DNA of 63,805 nt, counting the filler, from Octopus bimaculoides (taxonomy: Eukaryota): assembly GCF_001194135.2 (NCBI RefSeq). It is 5 parts of 5 records of this genome, joined end to end, with 100 filler letters (N's around TTAATTAATTAA, not from the genome) between each part and the next. Parts side by side here need not be neighbours in the genome. Positions count along the whole stretch, not along the records: positions 1 to 26,498 come from NC_069000.1; 4 more parts are not named here. One strand, 5' to 3'. Positions 1 to 12,293 of the stretch are shown here, one piece after another (within the stretch, counting starts at the first letter, position 1; each line of letters begins with the position of its first letter). Below the pieces are notes generated by a model. It worked only from the letters and a program-made list of their open reading frames with translations. It made no database searches and was not told the origin of the DNA. The position numbers and the translations under genes are program-made.

Positions 1-174
1 AAATTGAATTTTTTTTCCTTCTCTTCTCCATCCTCTCTCTGAAATTTCTGGCTCTGTACCAATTACATATACACATGCACTTGCATATATATATATATAT
101 AGTAATGATAATAATAATCCATGGATGGAATTTATAAATATTTTAATTAAAATATTTATAAATTGCATCCATGA

Positions 175-209
<35 letters not shown>

Positions 210-466
210 ATTTATCCTCTGTTATATCAGCACAGCTTGGTTCGATACCCAAAAGCTGCTATTGTAAGTTGGAATCATCAGGCCGTAGCTGAAATAATAA
301 CAGGGGCACTTTTATGTGTGTACACGAAAGCGTTTGCTGTATATGAACTTAAAGGATATATATATAGCTATATATATATCGCTTAGGCATTGTGATACTA
401 ATAACCTGGCATTAGAACTCAGGATGTGTATGCTTCTGAGTGAAGCATAAGTTGAGTACAGAGCAG

Positions 467-682
467 TAAATAATAAGAAAAATAGATGACAAAGGAATAA
501 GGAATTATCTTATGATCTTCATTAGCTTACAGCTATTTCTGCTGCATGATGCAAGGAACTCATAGTTCAGTACCGGAATAACACCTTATAGCTTCATCAG
601 AGCCTATAAGATGTTAATCAGGCACTCAACTATCACAAGATAATCGTTTATTCCTTTCTCGTCTATTTTTCTTTCAATTATT

Positions 683-684
<2 letters not shown>
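467..684. mobile_element. Short inverted-repeat element (~50-bp imperfect TIRs)
   Basis: 467-516 (taaataataagaaaaatagatgacaaaggaataaggaattatcttatgat) is the reverse complement, with mismatches, of 632-684. Confidence 0.7.
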
Positions 685-739
<55 letters not shown>

Positions 740-1493
740 NNNNNNNNNNNNNNNNNNNNNNNNNNNNNNNNNNNNNNNNNNNNNNNNNNNNNNNNNNNNN
801 NNNNNNNNNNNNNNNNNNNNNNNNNNNNNNNNNNNNNNNNNNNNNNNNNNNNNNNNNNNNNNNNNNNNNNNNNNNNNNNNNNNNNNNNNNNNNNNNNNNN
901 NNNNNNNNNNNNNNNNNNNNNNNNNNNNNNNNNNNNNNNNNNNNNNNNNNNNNNNNNNNNNNNNNNNNNNNNNNNNNNNNNNNNNNNNNNNNNNNNNNNN
1001 NNNNNNNNNNNNNNNNNNNNNNNNNNNNNNNNNNNNNNNNNNNNNNNNNNNNNNNNNNNNNNNNNNNNNNNNNNNNNNNNNNNNNNNNNNNNNNNNNNNN
1101 NNNNNNNNNNNNNNNNNNNNNNNNNNNNNNNNNNNNNNNNNNNNNNNNNNNNNNNNNNNNNNNNNNNNNNNNNNNNNNNNNNNNNNNNNNNNNNNNNNNN
1201 NNNNNNNNNNNNNNNNNNNNNNNNNNNNNNNNNNNNNNNNNNNNNNNNNNNNNNNNNNNNNNNNNNNNNNNNNNNNNNNNNNNNNNNNNNNNNNNNNNNN
1301 NNNNNNNNNNNNNNNNNNNNNNNNNNNNNNNNNNNNNNNNNNNNNNNNNNNNNNNNNNNNNNNNNNNNNNNNNNNNNNNNNNNNNNNNTTGCAAGGAACA
1401 AGTTTCAAGCTAACAGCTAAACTCCTATTATTTTGGATACTTTCAATACTAAATACATATTTATACCAAACTGCTTTTCTAGCTGTCTGTATG

Positions 1494-1524
<31 letters not shown>

Positions 1525-1592
1525 ACATGCATATATATATCTATATATATGCATATATATCTATATATATGCATATATATCTATATATATGC

Positions 1593-1719
<127 letters not shown>

Positions 1720-2003
1720 CAAACACACACGTATATATGTACTAATGCATATATGTGTGTGTGTGTGTGTATCCATATAGCTACCTACCTATCTTATCTA
1801 TTTTACTGACTGACATAGAGCACATATAAAGAACTGGGTTGCCATAGTTACATCTGCAGTGGATGGATTCCTTTGCAGATGTTGTGAAAGAGAAACTAGT
1901 ATTTAGTTTTCTAGTCGTTGCGGGTTGACTTTTGTATGTGTGTGTGTGTGTCTTTCTTTCCTCTCTTCTATTCCATATGCATGGCGAGCAACATTCTCAG
2001 CAG

Positions 2004-2052
<49 letters not shown>

Positions 2053-2306
2053 AGAGTTTTCTATGTTATGTACATACATGCATGTATGTGCATTTATATA
2101 TATATATATATACATATATATGCTTCTGTGTGAAGTGTGTGCATCATATACATGTTTGTTTGTATACATACATACATATATATATATATATATGTATATA
2201 CACACCCACTCACACAGATATGTATATAGTATCTACTGTGTATGTATGTATATATATATATATATATTGTGTATGTATATACATTATATAATATCCATTG
2301 TGTGTC

Positions 2307-2357
<51 letters not shown>

Positions 2358-2963
2358 GCACAGACCTGTGTGTGTTTTAATGTAAGCCGTTGCTTTCCAA
2401 GGCAGTCCTGATATACATTCTTTTGAATAAATGTCCTGAATTATTTGCTGATTAAATACATTAAGTTGGCACAATTTGTTTCTGCTGTCACTTCTATGGG
2501 TTTTTTTTTTTTTGTGTTTTTGTTTTCCTCTCTGTATCATTAATTATAATTATATATATATAAATATACATAATAAAAAATATTATTGTTCAAACTTTTC
2601 ACTTCTTTTTAATTTATTTTTTTATTGTTTTGTTTGTAAATTGGGAAAAAAAAACGTAAGAAAAGACTATTAAAACAAAAAAGAAATATGGCTTCACAGT
2701 GACCCCCCTGCCCCTCAACTTCCTTTACTTCATCTTCTTCTTCTGCTAGTTTTTAATTATAGGCAGATATAAACTCTTAATGTATGTTTATCTTTGTGGA
2801 GAAAAAAAAAACGAAAAATCTCTTTGAGAAACTTGGATAATTTCTGAATGTTTATAAATGTCTGAGAGAAAATATTCAACTCATAACTTGTGTATATATG
2901 GCGGTATGCATGTGTTTATGTATGTGTTGAATGACTAAGAATATTTCTTTTTCTATCTATCTA

Positions 2964-3009
<46 letters not shown>

Positions 3010-3649
3010 AGCTTGTCCAGAAAATTTCAGTCTGCAATGCCTCAACTAAAAAAAANNNNNNNNNNNNNNNNNNNNNNNNNNNNNNNNNNNNNNNNNNNNN
3101 NNNNNNNNNNNNNNNNNNNNNNNNNNNNNNNNNNNNNNNNNNNNNNNNNNNNNNNNNNNNNNNNNNNNNNNNNNNNNNNNNNNNNNNNNNNNNNNNNNNN
3201 NNNNNNNNNNNNNNNNNNNNNNNNNNNNNNNNNNNNNNNNNNNNNNNNNNNNNNNNNNNNNNNNNNNNNNNNNNNNNNNNNNNNNNNNNNNNNNNNNNNN
3301 NNNNNNNNNNNNNNNNNNNNNNNNNNNNNNNNNNNNNNNNNNNNNNNNNNNNNNNNNNCAACAATCATAATAATAAAGAACTTAACTGATATATATATAA
3401 TAGTTGGTTTTATTTATATATTTATTGTTTTTATTTCCTTTTTTTGTGAGTATGTGTGTATGTAAGTATGTTTAGTCTTAAAAGGCTGACGGTAAGTAAA
3501 ACTGATTCTATTTGTATTTTAGTTTCTATGTTCAATACTCGCTTGTGTTATCGTTGTGTATTGTGTATTCATTTAAAAAGTACCTTTGAATTGTTGGGCG
3601 GCACGCCGTGCCTGAGGAGGCCTATTGAGTCAAGTAAAATAAAAAATAA

Positions 3650-4020
3650 AAAATGGAAATTGTAGTTGTGGCCGATACCAGTGCCGCCTGACTGACTCCC
3701 GTGATGATGGCACACAATATGCACCATTCATGCATGGGTCGTTGCCAGTGCCACCTGACTGGCTCCCTGTGCCAGTGGCATGTAAAAAGCACCATCTGAA
3801 TTTGGCCAATGCCAGCCCCCCACCCCGACTGGCTCCTGTGCTGGTGGCACGTAAAAAGCACCCACTACACTCTCGGAGTGGTTGGCATTAGGAAGGGTGT
3901 CCAGCTGTAGGAACATTGCCTGGTCAGATTGGAGCCTGGTGCAGCTTCCTGGCTTGCCAGTCCCCAGTGAAACCGTCCAACACATGCCAGCATGGAAACA
4001 GACGTTAATGATGATGGTGA
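3650..4020 (-). mobile_element. RTE-type LINE 3'-end-derived repeat
   Basis: Carries the gttggcattaggaagggtgtccagctgtag and ccaacacatgccagcatggaaa motifs. Homologous copies occur at about 10625-10835, 17345-17570 and 25260-25470. Confidence 0.7.
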
Positions 4021-4246
4021 TTTCCGAATCTGTGACCTTGTTATTGGTGGTGGTTGCTTTGATGCAAGCGTACTCTCTAAAATTATTTTCTTTGTGGGTG
4101 AGGTAATGAAAATACTTTGAACATCCTCATGAAATATATATATATATATTAATTTGCCTGTACGGCTGATAATTCGCTTGCCACTCATGATGGTATTTTA
4201 ATTATACCATCCCGACATTTATTTATATATATATATATATATATAT

Positions 4247-4620
4247 CGTGAGAATTTACAAAAAGACGAAGACTGGTTTGTAAACAACAAACAGATGTAT
4301 TAGTTTCTGGAGCTTGGGAAGTGAGAAAGGTTTTTATGTTTCAAGCTTACGCTCTTCAACAGAAATAAACAGGGAGAGAAAATAAAAAAGGGTCTGGTGG
4401 CTAGCGATCTATCATGAATTGGAGTAATTGTGGTGATGTATTCATTTAAAATGGATTAGCTACGAATTCTCAACCTAACGAGTACCCTAATGATTAATGC
4501 AAAAAAAAACTTACTCTGCTAACGAACAGCTTACATGAAAAGCATCAAAGGAAAATATTCATTACAATAAATATTAACCACAGTAGAACGTTCTACAACT
4601 ATAGCCAACTACTCTATCAT
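4247..4620 (-). mobile_element. Penelope-like-derived non-autonomous repeat (putative)
   Basis: Contains the hammerhead-like core CTGTTGAA-GAGC-GTAA-GCTT-GAAAC at 4362-4338; the family assignment is inference. Confidence 0.35.
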
Positions 4621-4746
4621 TTCCACCCCCACATCCGCCTTTGTTTCGATGATTCTTCCTTGGTCTGTGTTAATGTGTAACATTCCTCTACTCATTACCT
4701 GTCTCCAGGTCTTAAGTATGTGCAGTCATCCAGAACATCTTACATT

Positions 4747-4858
<112 letters not shown>

Positions 4859-4974
4859 ACATTCCATGTTTGTATATTGTAAAGCAAGACTGGAGAAATC
4901 AGCCAAGCAACATTTATATCGGCTATTATTATGTATGTATGTATGTACATGTGTGCATATGTCTGTGTGGATGA

Positions 4975-5005
<31 letters not shown>

Positions 5006-5105
5006 NNNNNNNNNNNNNNNNNNNNNNNNNNNNNNNNNNNNNNNNNNNNNNNNNNNNNNNNNNNNNNNNNNNNNNNNNNNNNNNNNNNNNNNNNNNNNNN
5101 NNNNN

Positions 5106-5382
5106 AAAATTAAAAGAAGAGTCCCGTTTGTTATCTAATGAACAATGTTTTGACACATCTTGTTTCACTGGATGACAATGGGACTCTTCTTTTAATTTTA
5201 CTCTGTTATTATTATTATTATTATTAATAATATATGAAGGATTGAGATGACTCCTCCAGAAGATATAGAGTCAAAATTAAAAGAAGAGTCCCGTTTGTTA
5301 TCTAATGAACAATGTTTTGACATCTCTTGTGTCACTGGATGACAATGGCAGTCTTCTTTTAATTTTTACTCTTTTATTATTA

Positions 5383-5429
<47 letters not shown>

Positions 5430-5571
5430 ATATGAAGGATTGAGATAACTCCTCAAGAAGATATAGAGTCAAAATTAAAAGAAGAGTCCCGTTTGTTATC
5501 TAATAAATGGTGTTTTGACATCTTGTGTGTCACTAGATGACAATGGCACTCTTCTTTTAATTTTTACTCTG

Positions 5572-5614
<43 letters not shown>

Positions 5615-5616
5615 TA
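5106..5616. repeat. Tandem array of three hairpin+(ATT)n units (periods about 167 and 198 bp)
   Basis: aaaattaaaagaagagtcccgtttgttatcta recurs at 5106, 5273 and 5471. Each unit has ~35-bp inverted arms followed by an (ATT)n tract of variable length. Confidence 0.92.
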
Positions 5617-5619
5617 ATA

Positions 5620-6240
5620 TAATACCCAAAGTTTTCAAAAAGTTTTCATCATTCTGAACACAGCTAAGGAGGTCTTGTGCAACTGAAACCCGAATGTCGT
5701 TTTGCTCAGCTGAAAGCAGTTTTGGTACAAACTTGGCAGACACGCGTCTCATACCCAAATCCTTAGTGATAATGAACTGAACTAAACCGTAACTAATCTG
5801 CACATCCTCTGATAACTCACGGATGGTGATTCGACGATTTCTCCTCATAGCTGCCTGCACATCTGCAATGTCTTTCTCAGTTCAGCTGGTTGCAGGTCTC
5901 CCAGAACATTCCTCAATATTGACATGTTTTTGACCTCGTTGGAAACATCTGAACCACTTGTACACTTGTGTGCGGCTCATACACCCTTCTCTATGCAACT
6001 TTGCATAGGCCTCTGGGAAGGTATCGCCATGACAACTTTCTCTGTCATGGTCAATGAAACAATCACATGCTACACACGTTCCTTCCAAGCACTGCTGTGA
6101 ACAGCAGAAGTGAGGGAGAACGTTAAAACTTAGTGCGCATGCACAGCAGAGATGAAAGCCAATCTTTGCCAAATGGCTTTACTGTGTGTACTTCAGCTTC
6201 GTTACTATGGCAACAGTTCAGATACTTATTGATGAGACCT
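5620..6240 (-). mobile_element. Mariner transposase 5' remnant (HTH region), frameshifted
   Basis: Translations GDTFPEAYAKL..MSRTQVYKWFRCFQRG..ECSGRPATS and RRITIRELSEDVQISYG..DLGMRRVSAKFVPKLLS are typical of the mariner N-terminus and linker. Confidence 0.9.
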
Positions 6241-6443
6241 CATATGTATATAAATATATATATTTAGTAAGTGAGAAAATGTATGGTAAATAAACAAACG
6301 ACATAATGTATACTGAGTGTACAACTGGACAGGAGATAACAAACACAAAAGTTCCCTAATTCTTCATCAGTTATCAACCAATTGTTAACACTCAGTTTCA
6401 CACCTTTAATGACCTTATATATATGTATGTATGTATATATTCT

Positions 6444-6449
6444 TTTATT
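6444..6449 (-). promoter_or_regulatory. Candidate polyadenylation signal (AATAAA) of the IgSF gene
   Basis: AATAAA on the minus strand about 420 nt downstream of the stop codon. Such hexamers are common in AT-rich DNA. Confidence 0.3.
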
Positions 6450-6871
6450 TCTGTGAACAAATATAATATACATGAATGTGTAGATTCGTTTATATTTCTA
6501 TACATAAATACTCACACACACACACACGCAGAGAAACATCAATTATTCTCATTGAAGATTTTCAACTTTGCTTCAAGGAGGTTAGTGTCAGTGCTAGGAA
6601 ACGAACTGCCAACCTGTCACCTCATTACCTGGTGACATATCATATATATGTATGTATATACACACTGTATGTATATATAAACACACACACACACATATAT
6701 AAGAAGAGTTTTTTCCTTCCGTCATCTCTGATTTCTCTGTTCTTTCTGTGACACACATCACAAATACCATGATACAAAACCATTTAACTGTCACACATCT
6801 CTTTTGTCCATACGATAATTGCAGGCGTCATGCGCTTGCCAAGAACATGGCCATCACTGTTAAACATCAGG

Positions 6872-6957
6872 TTACGGCAGAAGTGTGCTGCTGGATGATT
6901 TTCGTATTGGTTCTGTTGGTCGGAAACAGCTCTCTCCTGGTTCTTCGTATAGTAAAT
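6872..6957 (-). CDS. IgSF receptor terminal coding exon (D-LLYEEPGESCFRPTEPIRKSSSSTLLP*)
   Basis: Poly-T tract then acctcacttgtag|AT; phase 1 matches the previous donor; TAA at 6874-6872. Confidence 0.8.
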
Positions 6958-8122
6958 CTACAAGTGAGGTAAAAAAAAAAAAAAAAAAAATATTCTTAGT
7001 TTCCAAATATAAGATTTTCTATTTGAACATTTATCATACATTGTTAGTTTACATCATTAGCAGTTTAAAAACTTTGAGAGAACGTGAAATAATTTGTTTA
7101 TAATGGTGGAGCCCAAAGTACATTAGGCTATAGAAAATTGTTTCTAATTTTCAGCACTAGGCCAGTAACTTTGCAAGCGGGGTAAAGGGGTCTAGTCGAT
7201 TACATCAACCCCAGTACTTGATCTGTACTCTGTTTATCGACCCCAAGGGTGAAGTGAGTTTCAGCAGCATTTGAACTCAGAACATAAGGCTGGAAGAAAT
7301 TCCATTAACCATTTTCTCCAACACTAACAATTCTGCCATTTTGCCACCATAAAGCTTTAAATAATAACATCTAAATATTCTTCTACTTGTTATAGTCATT
7401 TGATTGTGGTCATGCTGGAGCACCACCTTGAATGGCTTTTAGTCAAAGAAATCAACCCCAGAACTTAATTTTTTTAAAGCCTAGTACTTATTCTATTGGT
7501 CTCTTTTGCCGAACTGCTAAGTAACGGGGATGTAAACACCAACACCACTTGTTAAGCAGTGGTGGGGGACAAAGACACACACACACAACAGGCTTCTTTC
7601 AGTTTCCATCTACCAAATTCACTCAAAAGGCTTTGGTTGGCCCAAGGCTATAGTAGAAGACACTTGCCCAAGGTGCCACACAGTGGAGCTAAACCCGGAA
7701 CTATTGAGTAAAAAAGTAGTTGAAAGCTGTTTCTATTTTTTCTCTCTAATATTTACACACTGTTATTTATAACATATGTAACAATTCCCACCATTATAAA
7801 CAAATTATTTCTGGCCTTTTTCGTTCTGGTTTTAATAGACATGTCATTATTTCACTGAAATTTTAAACAGTTGAAGAGAAAATTTTTATATTGAAAAACG
7901 CTTTTCATGTTTGATACTGGTGTTAATGTCTTTCACTAAATCACTAATTAATACACACACATCATCATCATCATCATCATCATCATTTAACATCTGTTTT
8001 CCTCACTGGACTGCTTGACAGGAACTGGCAAGCCAGAGGATTTCACCTAGCTCTACATGTGTGTATGTGTGTACAAACATGTGGGTGAGTATATATGTAC
8101 ATATATGTATGTATATGTGTGC

Positions 8123-8156
<34 letters not shown>

Positions 8157-8474
8157 ATGTTTCTTTAAACTCATTACTATTCTTTCATTTGTTTCAGTCA
8201 TTTGACTGTGGCCATGCTGGAGCACTGCCTTTAGTCGAACAAATCGACCCCAGGACTTATTCTTTGGAAATGTTAGGAAATCTCACAAATGAAATTGTTG
8301 ATGATAAATGTACCAACCTTCTGACTTGTCTTCACTGCAGTTTTCATCTACCAATTCTAAATAATCTACAAAAGAAGAAAAATAGAAAACAATTAAACCA
8401 AGATATAACCAACTTGTATCGATGGAGGTCACTGAGGTTGTGCTTTGTCCACTTCACCTATAAAGAACAGTGAA

Positions 8475-8595
8475 GGGGCCGAGATGGCTCAGTGGTTAGG
8501 GCATTCAGCTCACGATTGTAAAGTCGTGAGTTCAATTCCCGGTGACACGTTGTGTCCTTGAGCAAGACACTTTATTTCACGTTGCTCCAGTCCAG
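8475..8595 (+). mobile_element. tRNA-headed SINE 5' fragment in the IgSF last intron
   Basis: gatggctcagtggttagggc..gagttcaattccc followed by a gtgtccttgagcaagacact core. Confidence 0.7.
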
Positions 8596-8920
8596 AAGAA
8601 GACAGGCTGTGAAACAACAGACACAGATATAACTGCTTTCGGGCCACAAAGGGTAACAGACCTAAATATGTGATACCCAGCACTTCAGTGCTTTTAGCAG
8701 GGTTCAGTGTTTTGTAAGTATTCAGGGCAGATATCTAGTCAGAGTTGGGGAGGGCAACTCAGTGTCCTGATACATTATTTCCTCCTGCAGCAGTAGTAAC
8801 CCTCTGAGGTCCTTCCTGGTATTAGTCCCAGTCTCCGAGATCCTAATAAAGGCCACCCCCACCCCCACTGATCTCCCCATCTCACTGTGCCATGAAAAAG
8901 ACAAGTACTACAGTACATAC

Positions 8921-9156
8921 CAGCATGTGTTGTAGAAGTATTAACATAGGGGTGTTCACTGGTCACTTTAGATTTTCCTGGGATATTTGGTAATCTACTG
9001 TTTTTTGCTCGAGTTGGTAAGGGGCCCTCTCCCTGAGCAGTAGCAGCAGCAGCTGGATTAGGTGTTCTTTTGGAAGATTGGCTGACTTTTACTGTTACTT
9101 GAGGGTGGATTCTGTCTTCAGAACGTGACAATGCAGACAGTGGCAGGTTTGGCAGT
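8921..9156 (-). CDS. IgSF receptor exon: Pro/Ser-rich cytoplasmic region with YVN motif
   Basis: Acceptor ttttctgtgttttaag|A, donor GCTG|gtatgt; 236 nt, phase 2-1. Encodes LPNLPLSALSRSED...SEHPYVNTSTTHA. Confidence 0.82.
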
Positions 9157-9519
9157 CTTAAAACACAGAAAACATATTGGTAAATGTGAGTGTGTATATA
9201 TATATATATATATATATACCTGTTATTCTGTATATATTTGTATACATATATATGATATTATAATATATACATAGAGTGAGAGCGAGAGATAGGTAGACAG
9301 ATAATAATATGTATATGTGTGTGTATGAATACATACACACACACATATATATATCTATACATATATACAGGAGACGTCTACATGGTTACACAGAGATGTA
9401 CAGACACAGAAGATATTTTAGTAAAACAAATCTTTTCAAACGGTAAACTTGACCGTTTATATTGTTAAGTAGAACAGCCATTACATCAATTACTAAGACA
9501 CAGTGAAGTAAAACAAAGC

Positions 9520-9571
<52 letters not shown>

Positions 9572-9685
9572 ATTACATTTAGGCATCTGAACTGAACGAT
9601 GTGTGAGTGGGCAGGAATTCGACAGCTGAGTCTTCTATTTTATGATGTTTATCATTGTTCATTAATTAAAAACATTTTTACTTAC

Positions 9686-9701
9686 CGTCTTTTGCAGCTT
9701 C
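9686..9701 (-). CDS. IgSF receptor 16-nt juxtamembrane microexon (R-SCKR-R)
   Basis: Sequence ttttttctatttcatag|GAAGCTGCAAAAGACG|gtaagt. It converts phase 1 to phase 2, exactly as needed to join the TM exon to the next exon in frame. Confidence 0.82.
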
Positions 9702-9776
9702 CTATGAAATAGAAAAAAAGTCAAGGTGAAATTATTTTGAATAACTGAACTTTGCAATGATGATAATAATAATAAT

Positions 9777-9809
<33 letters not shown>

Positions 9810-9951
9810 CCTTTCTACTATATGCACAAGGCCTGAAATTTTGGAGGAGTTGAAAGTCAGTTACATCAGCTCCAATCCTAGACTCGCTTCTTGATTTATC
9901 GACCGCAAAAGGACAAAAGACAAAGTCAACCTTGGTGGTATTTGAATTCAG

Positions 9952-10015
<64 letters not shown>

Positions 10016-10212
10016 CCTTTCTACTATTGGCACAAGGCCTGGATTTTTGTGGGGTAGGAGGACAATCAATTACATCTACCCTTAGTACTTGACTGTTACT
10101 TAATTGATTGAACCCAGAACCATGTGGTTGGGAAGCAAGCTTCTTACCACACAGCCACTATTGCATGAAACGTTTGAAAAAAAAAATAGATCTCTGAATC
10201 TGTTGTACTTAC

Positions 10213-10365
10213 GAGACTTGCAGGGAATGGTGCGGTAAATGTAATGCAGAACGAGTATCAGCAGAACGGAGAGAAGCAAGAATATCAGAATGCAGAAAAT
10301 GAGCAAAGCATTTAATATTGGGGCAGCAGTGACATCTCCATGAACTTCAGCTGGGGCAGGTACAA
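10213..10365 (-). CDS. IgSF receptor exon: stalk and transmembrane helix
   Basis: Acceptor ttttctttccatttccttcgcacag|TT, donor TCTC|gtaagt; 153 nt, phase 1-1. Encodes VPAPAEVHGDVTAAPILNALLIFCILIFLLLSVLLILVLHYIYRTIPCKS. Confidence 0.9.
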
Positions 10366-11096
10366 CTGTGCGAAGGAAATGGAAAGAAAACTATTTGNNN
10401 NNNNNNNNNNNNNNNNNNNNNNNNNNNNNNNNNNNNNNNNNNNNNNNNNNNNNNNNNNNNNNNNNNNNNNNNNNNNNNNNNNNNNNNNNNNNNNNCAACC
10501 AAAAGTATATATTGAGGATTTTGACTGTTAGCTGAACAGTCAGAGCGAGCATCCACATGTGGTTTTAATCACATGGAATCTGACCAGCACCAAATCACTA
10601 CCCGCCATTCTAAAATCTCCTTCGTCATTTCGTTTAATGTCTGCTTTCCATGCTAGCATGGGTTGGACGATTTGACTGAGGACTGGTGAACCAGATCGCT
10701 ACACCAGGCTCCAATCTGATTTGGCAGAGTTTCTACAGCTGGATGCCCTTCCTAACGCCAACCACTCCGAGAGTGTAGTGGGTGCTTTTACATGCCACCA
10801 GCCCGAAGGCCAGTCAGGCGGTACTGGCAACGGCCAATTAAATATTATTAGGAATTGTATAAAAAATCTTTTAAATATTTTGTGTATTGCGGAAGTATAA
10901 TCGATTTACGGCAGATAAACTTTAGCAGCAAAATCTTATGTGGACCCTGGTTGAAAATCACTGATCTAGTCTGAGATTCTTCCTATGGGACCCATATGTT
11001 ACTTCTAGGGGTTACAACTCTTAGAGATTAAAACAACAAAAGGGGAACCATTGTGTTTTTAGACCCCCCACTGGTCAAAATATCCAAATATTTCAC

Positions 11097-11363
11097 CTTT
11101 TCTCTCCTCTTCTTTTACATGAAGACCAACAGCAGCAGATGTTCTACCAATTGCATTCCACATGGTACAAATATAAATTCCGGTTCCTTTTAAAGAAACA
11201 TTGTTGATAATAAACAATTCCTTTGCATCCTTCTCCCAAGAACTTCCACTTTTCGTCCATGTTTTATTCACGGCTGGTCGACCGTTCCCTTTACATACAA
11301 GAGCCACTCTCTCACCAGCAACAACACTGGATGGAACTGCATAAGCAATCAGATTATCTAAAT
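11097..11363 (-). CDS. IgSF receptor exon: membrane-proximal Ig domain (I/C2-set)
   Basis: Acceptor ttccttcttctacag|AT, donor AAAG|gtgaaa; 267 nt, phase 1-1. Encodes VAGERVALVCKGNGRP..TWTK..IINNVSLKGTGIYICTMWNAIG. In frame with the upstream exon (junction VN-Y-LD). Confidence 0.92.
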
Positions 11364-11749
11364 CTGTAGAAGAAGGAATAATAGATAAGTTAATCAATTA
11401 ATAAAACAGGTATTTAAAAACTTATCTTCGCATCACCATAATACCAGTTCCTAAATTTGACATAAAGTTACACACTTTTAATATTAGTTTCAAATTTTGC
11501 CTCAAGGCCAGCAATTTTAGGGGAGGAGTAAATCAATTACGTAGACCCCAGCACTTGGGTGCCACACACTTTGACCGAAAACAACAAAAATCAATGCTCC
11601 ACTATCGCCGCTAGTTTGCTTGCTACCAGTTTGCTCCAAACGTGGTCACAAGAAATGTTTTCTATACTGCATTGTCACTGGCGATGAAAAATGGTGTCTT
11701 TACTTCAATATGAAGCAGTAAAAAGAATGTCTCAGGCCTGACAAACAAG

Positions 11750-11925
11750 CGACTCCACAAGCAAAACAAGACCTTCATTCTTGAAAGACCATGTTGTGTG
11801 TGAGGTGGAACTAGGGAGGCATAATTCCCCTATGAACTGCTTGAGTACAATCAAATGATGAATTATGCCTCCCTAGTCCCACCTCACACACCAAGAATGA
11901 AGGTCTTGTCTTTCTTGTGGAGTCG
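11750..11925. repeat. Intronic hairpin / fold-back element
   Basis: 32-bp inner stem (11796-11827 with 11860-11891, 1 mismatch), 32-nt loop, and a 34-bp outer stem after a 12-nt bulge. Confidence 0.9.
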
Positions 11926-12257
11926 CCTTAACCCCTCCCCCGAAACTGCTGGCCTTGTGCCAAAATTTGAAACCATTATTAGACTGCATACATATATATT
12001 AACTATATGATATGTACACACAAACACACGAATGCATGCACACACACACAAATATATGCAGATAGACAGGTGTATAATATAAGCAACGATCAGGTTTAAA
12101 ATAATGTTGTTTGCACACCACTGCTGCAAATTCAGCTCTATGAATTAATCTGGAGAACCACCAACAAAACCACCTGCATGACTAGCGCCACCTACCATTG
12201 AAGCACTCCTGTTCAATAGAAACGTTAGACGAGCTGATGTGTGTATATATCTATCTA

Positions 12258-12293
<36 letters not shown>

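Noticed and set aside
6201-6214. RFX X-box-like GTTACTATGGCAAC
   Set aside because: It sits in the mariner remnant's 5' region with no associated gene start; a single motif is not evidence of function.
8775-8920. Read-through ORF tail GMYCSTCLFHGTVRWGDQW..
   Set aside because: It lies beyond a strong GTATGT donor whose phase matches the terminal exon, so it is treated as intron.
12182-12193. Partial CTCF-like motif (AGGTGGCGCTAG on the minus strand)
   Set aside because: The 5' CCAC half is missing; needs ChIP evidence.
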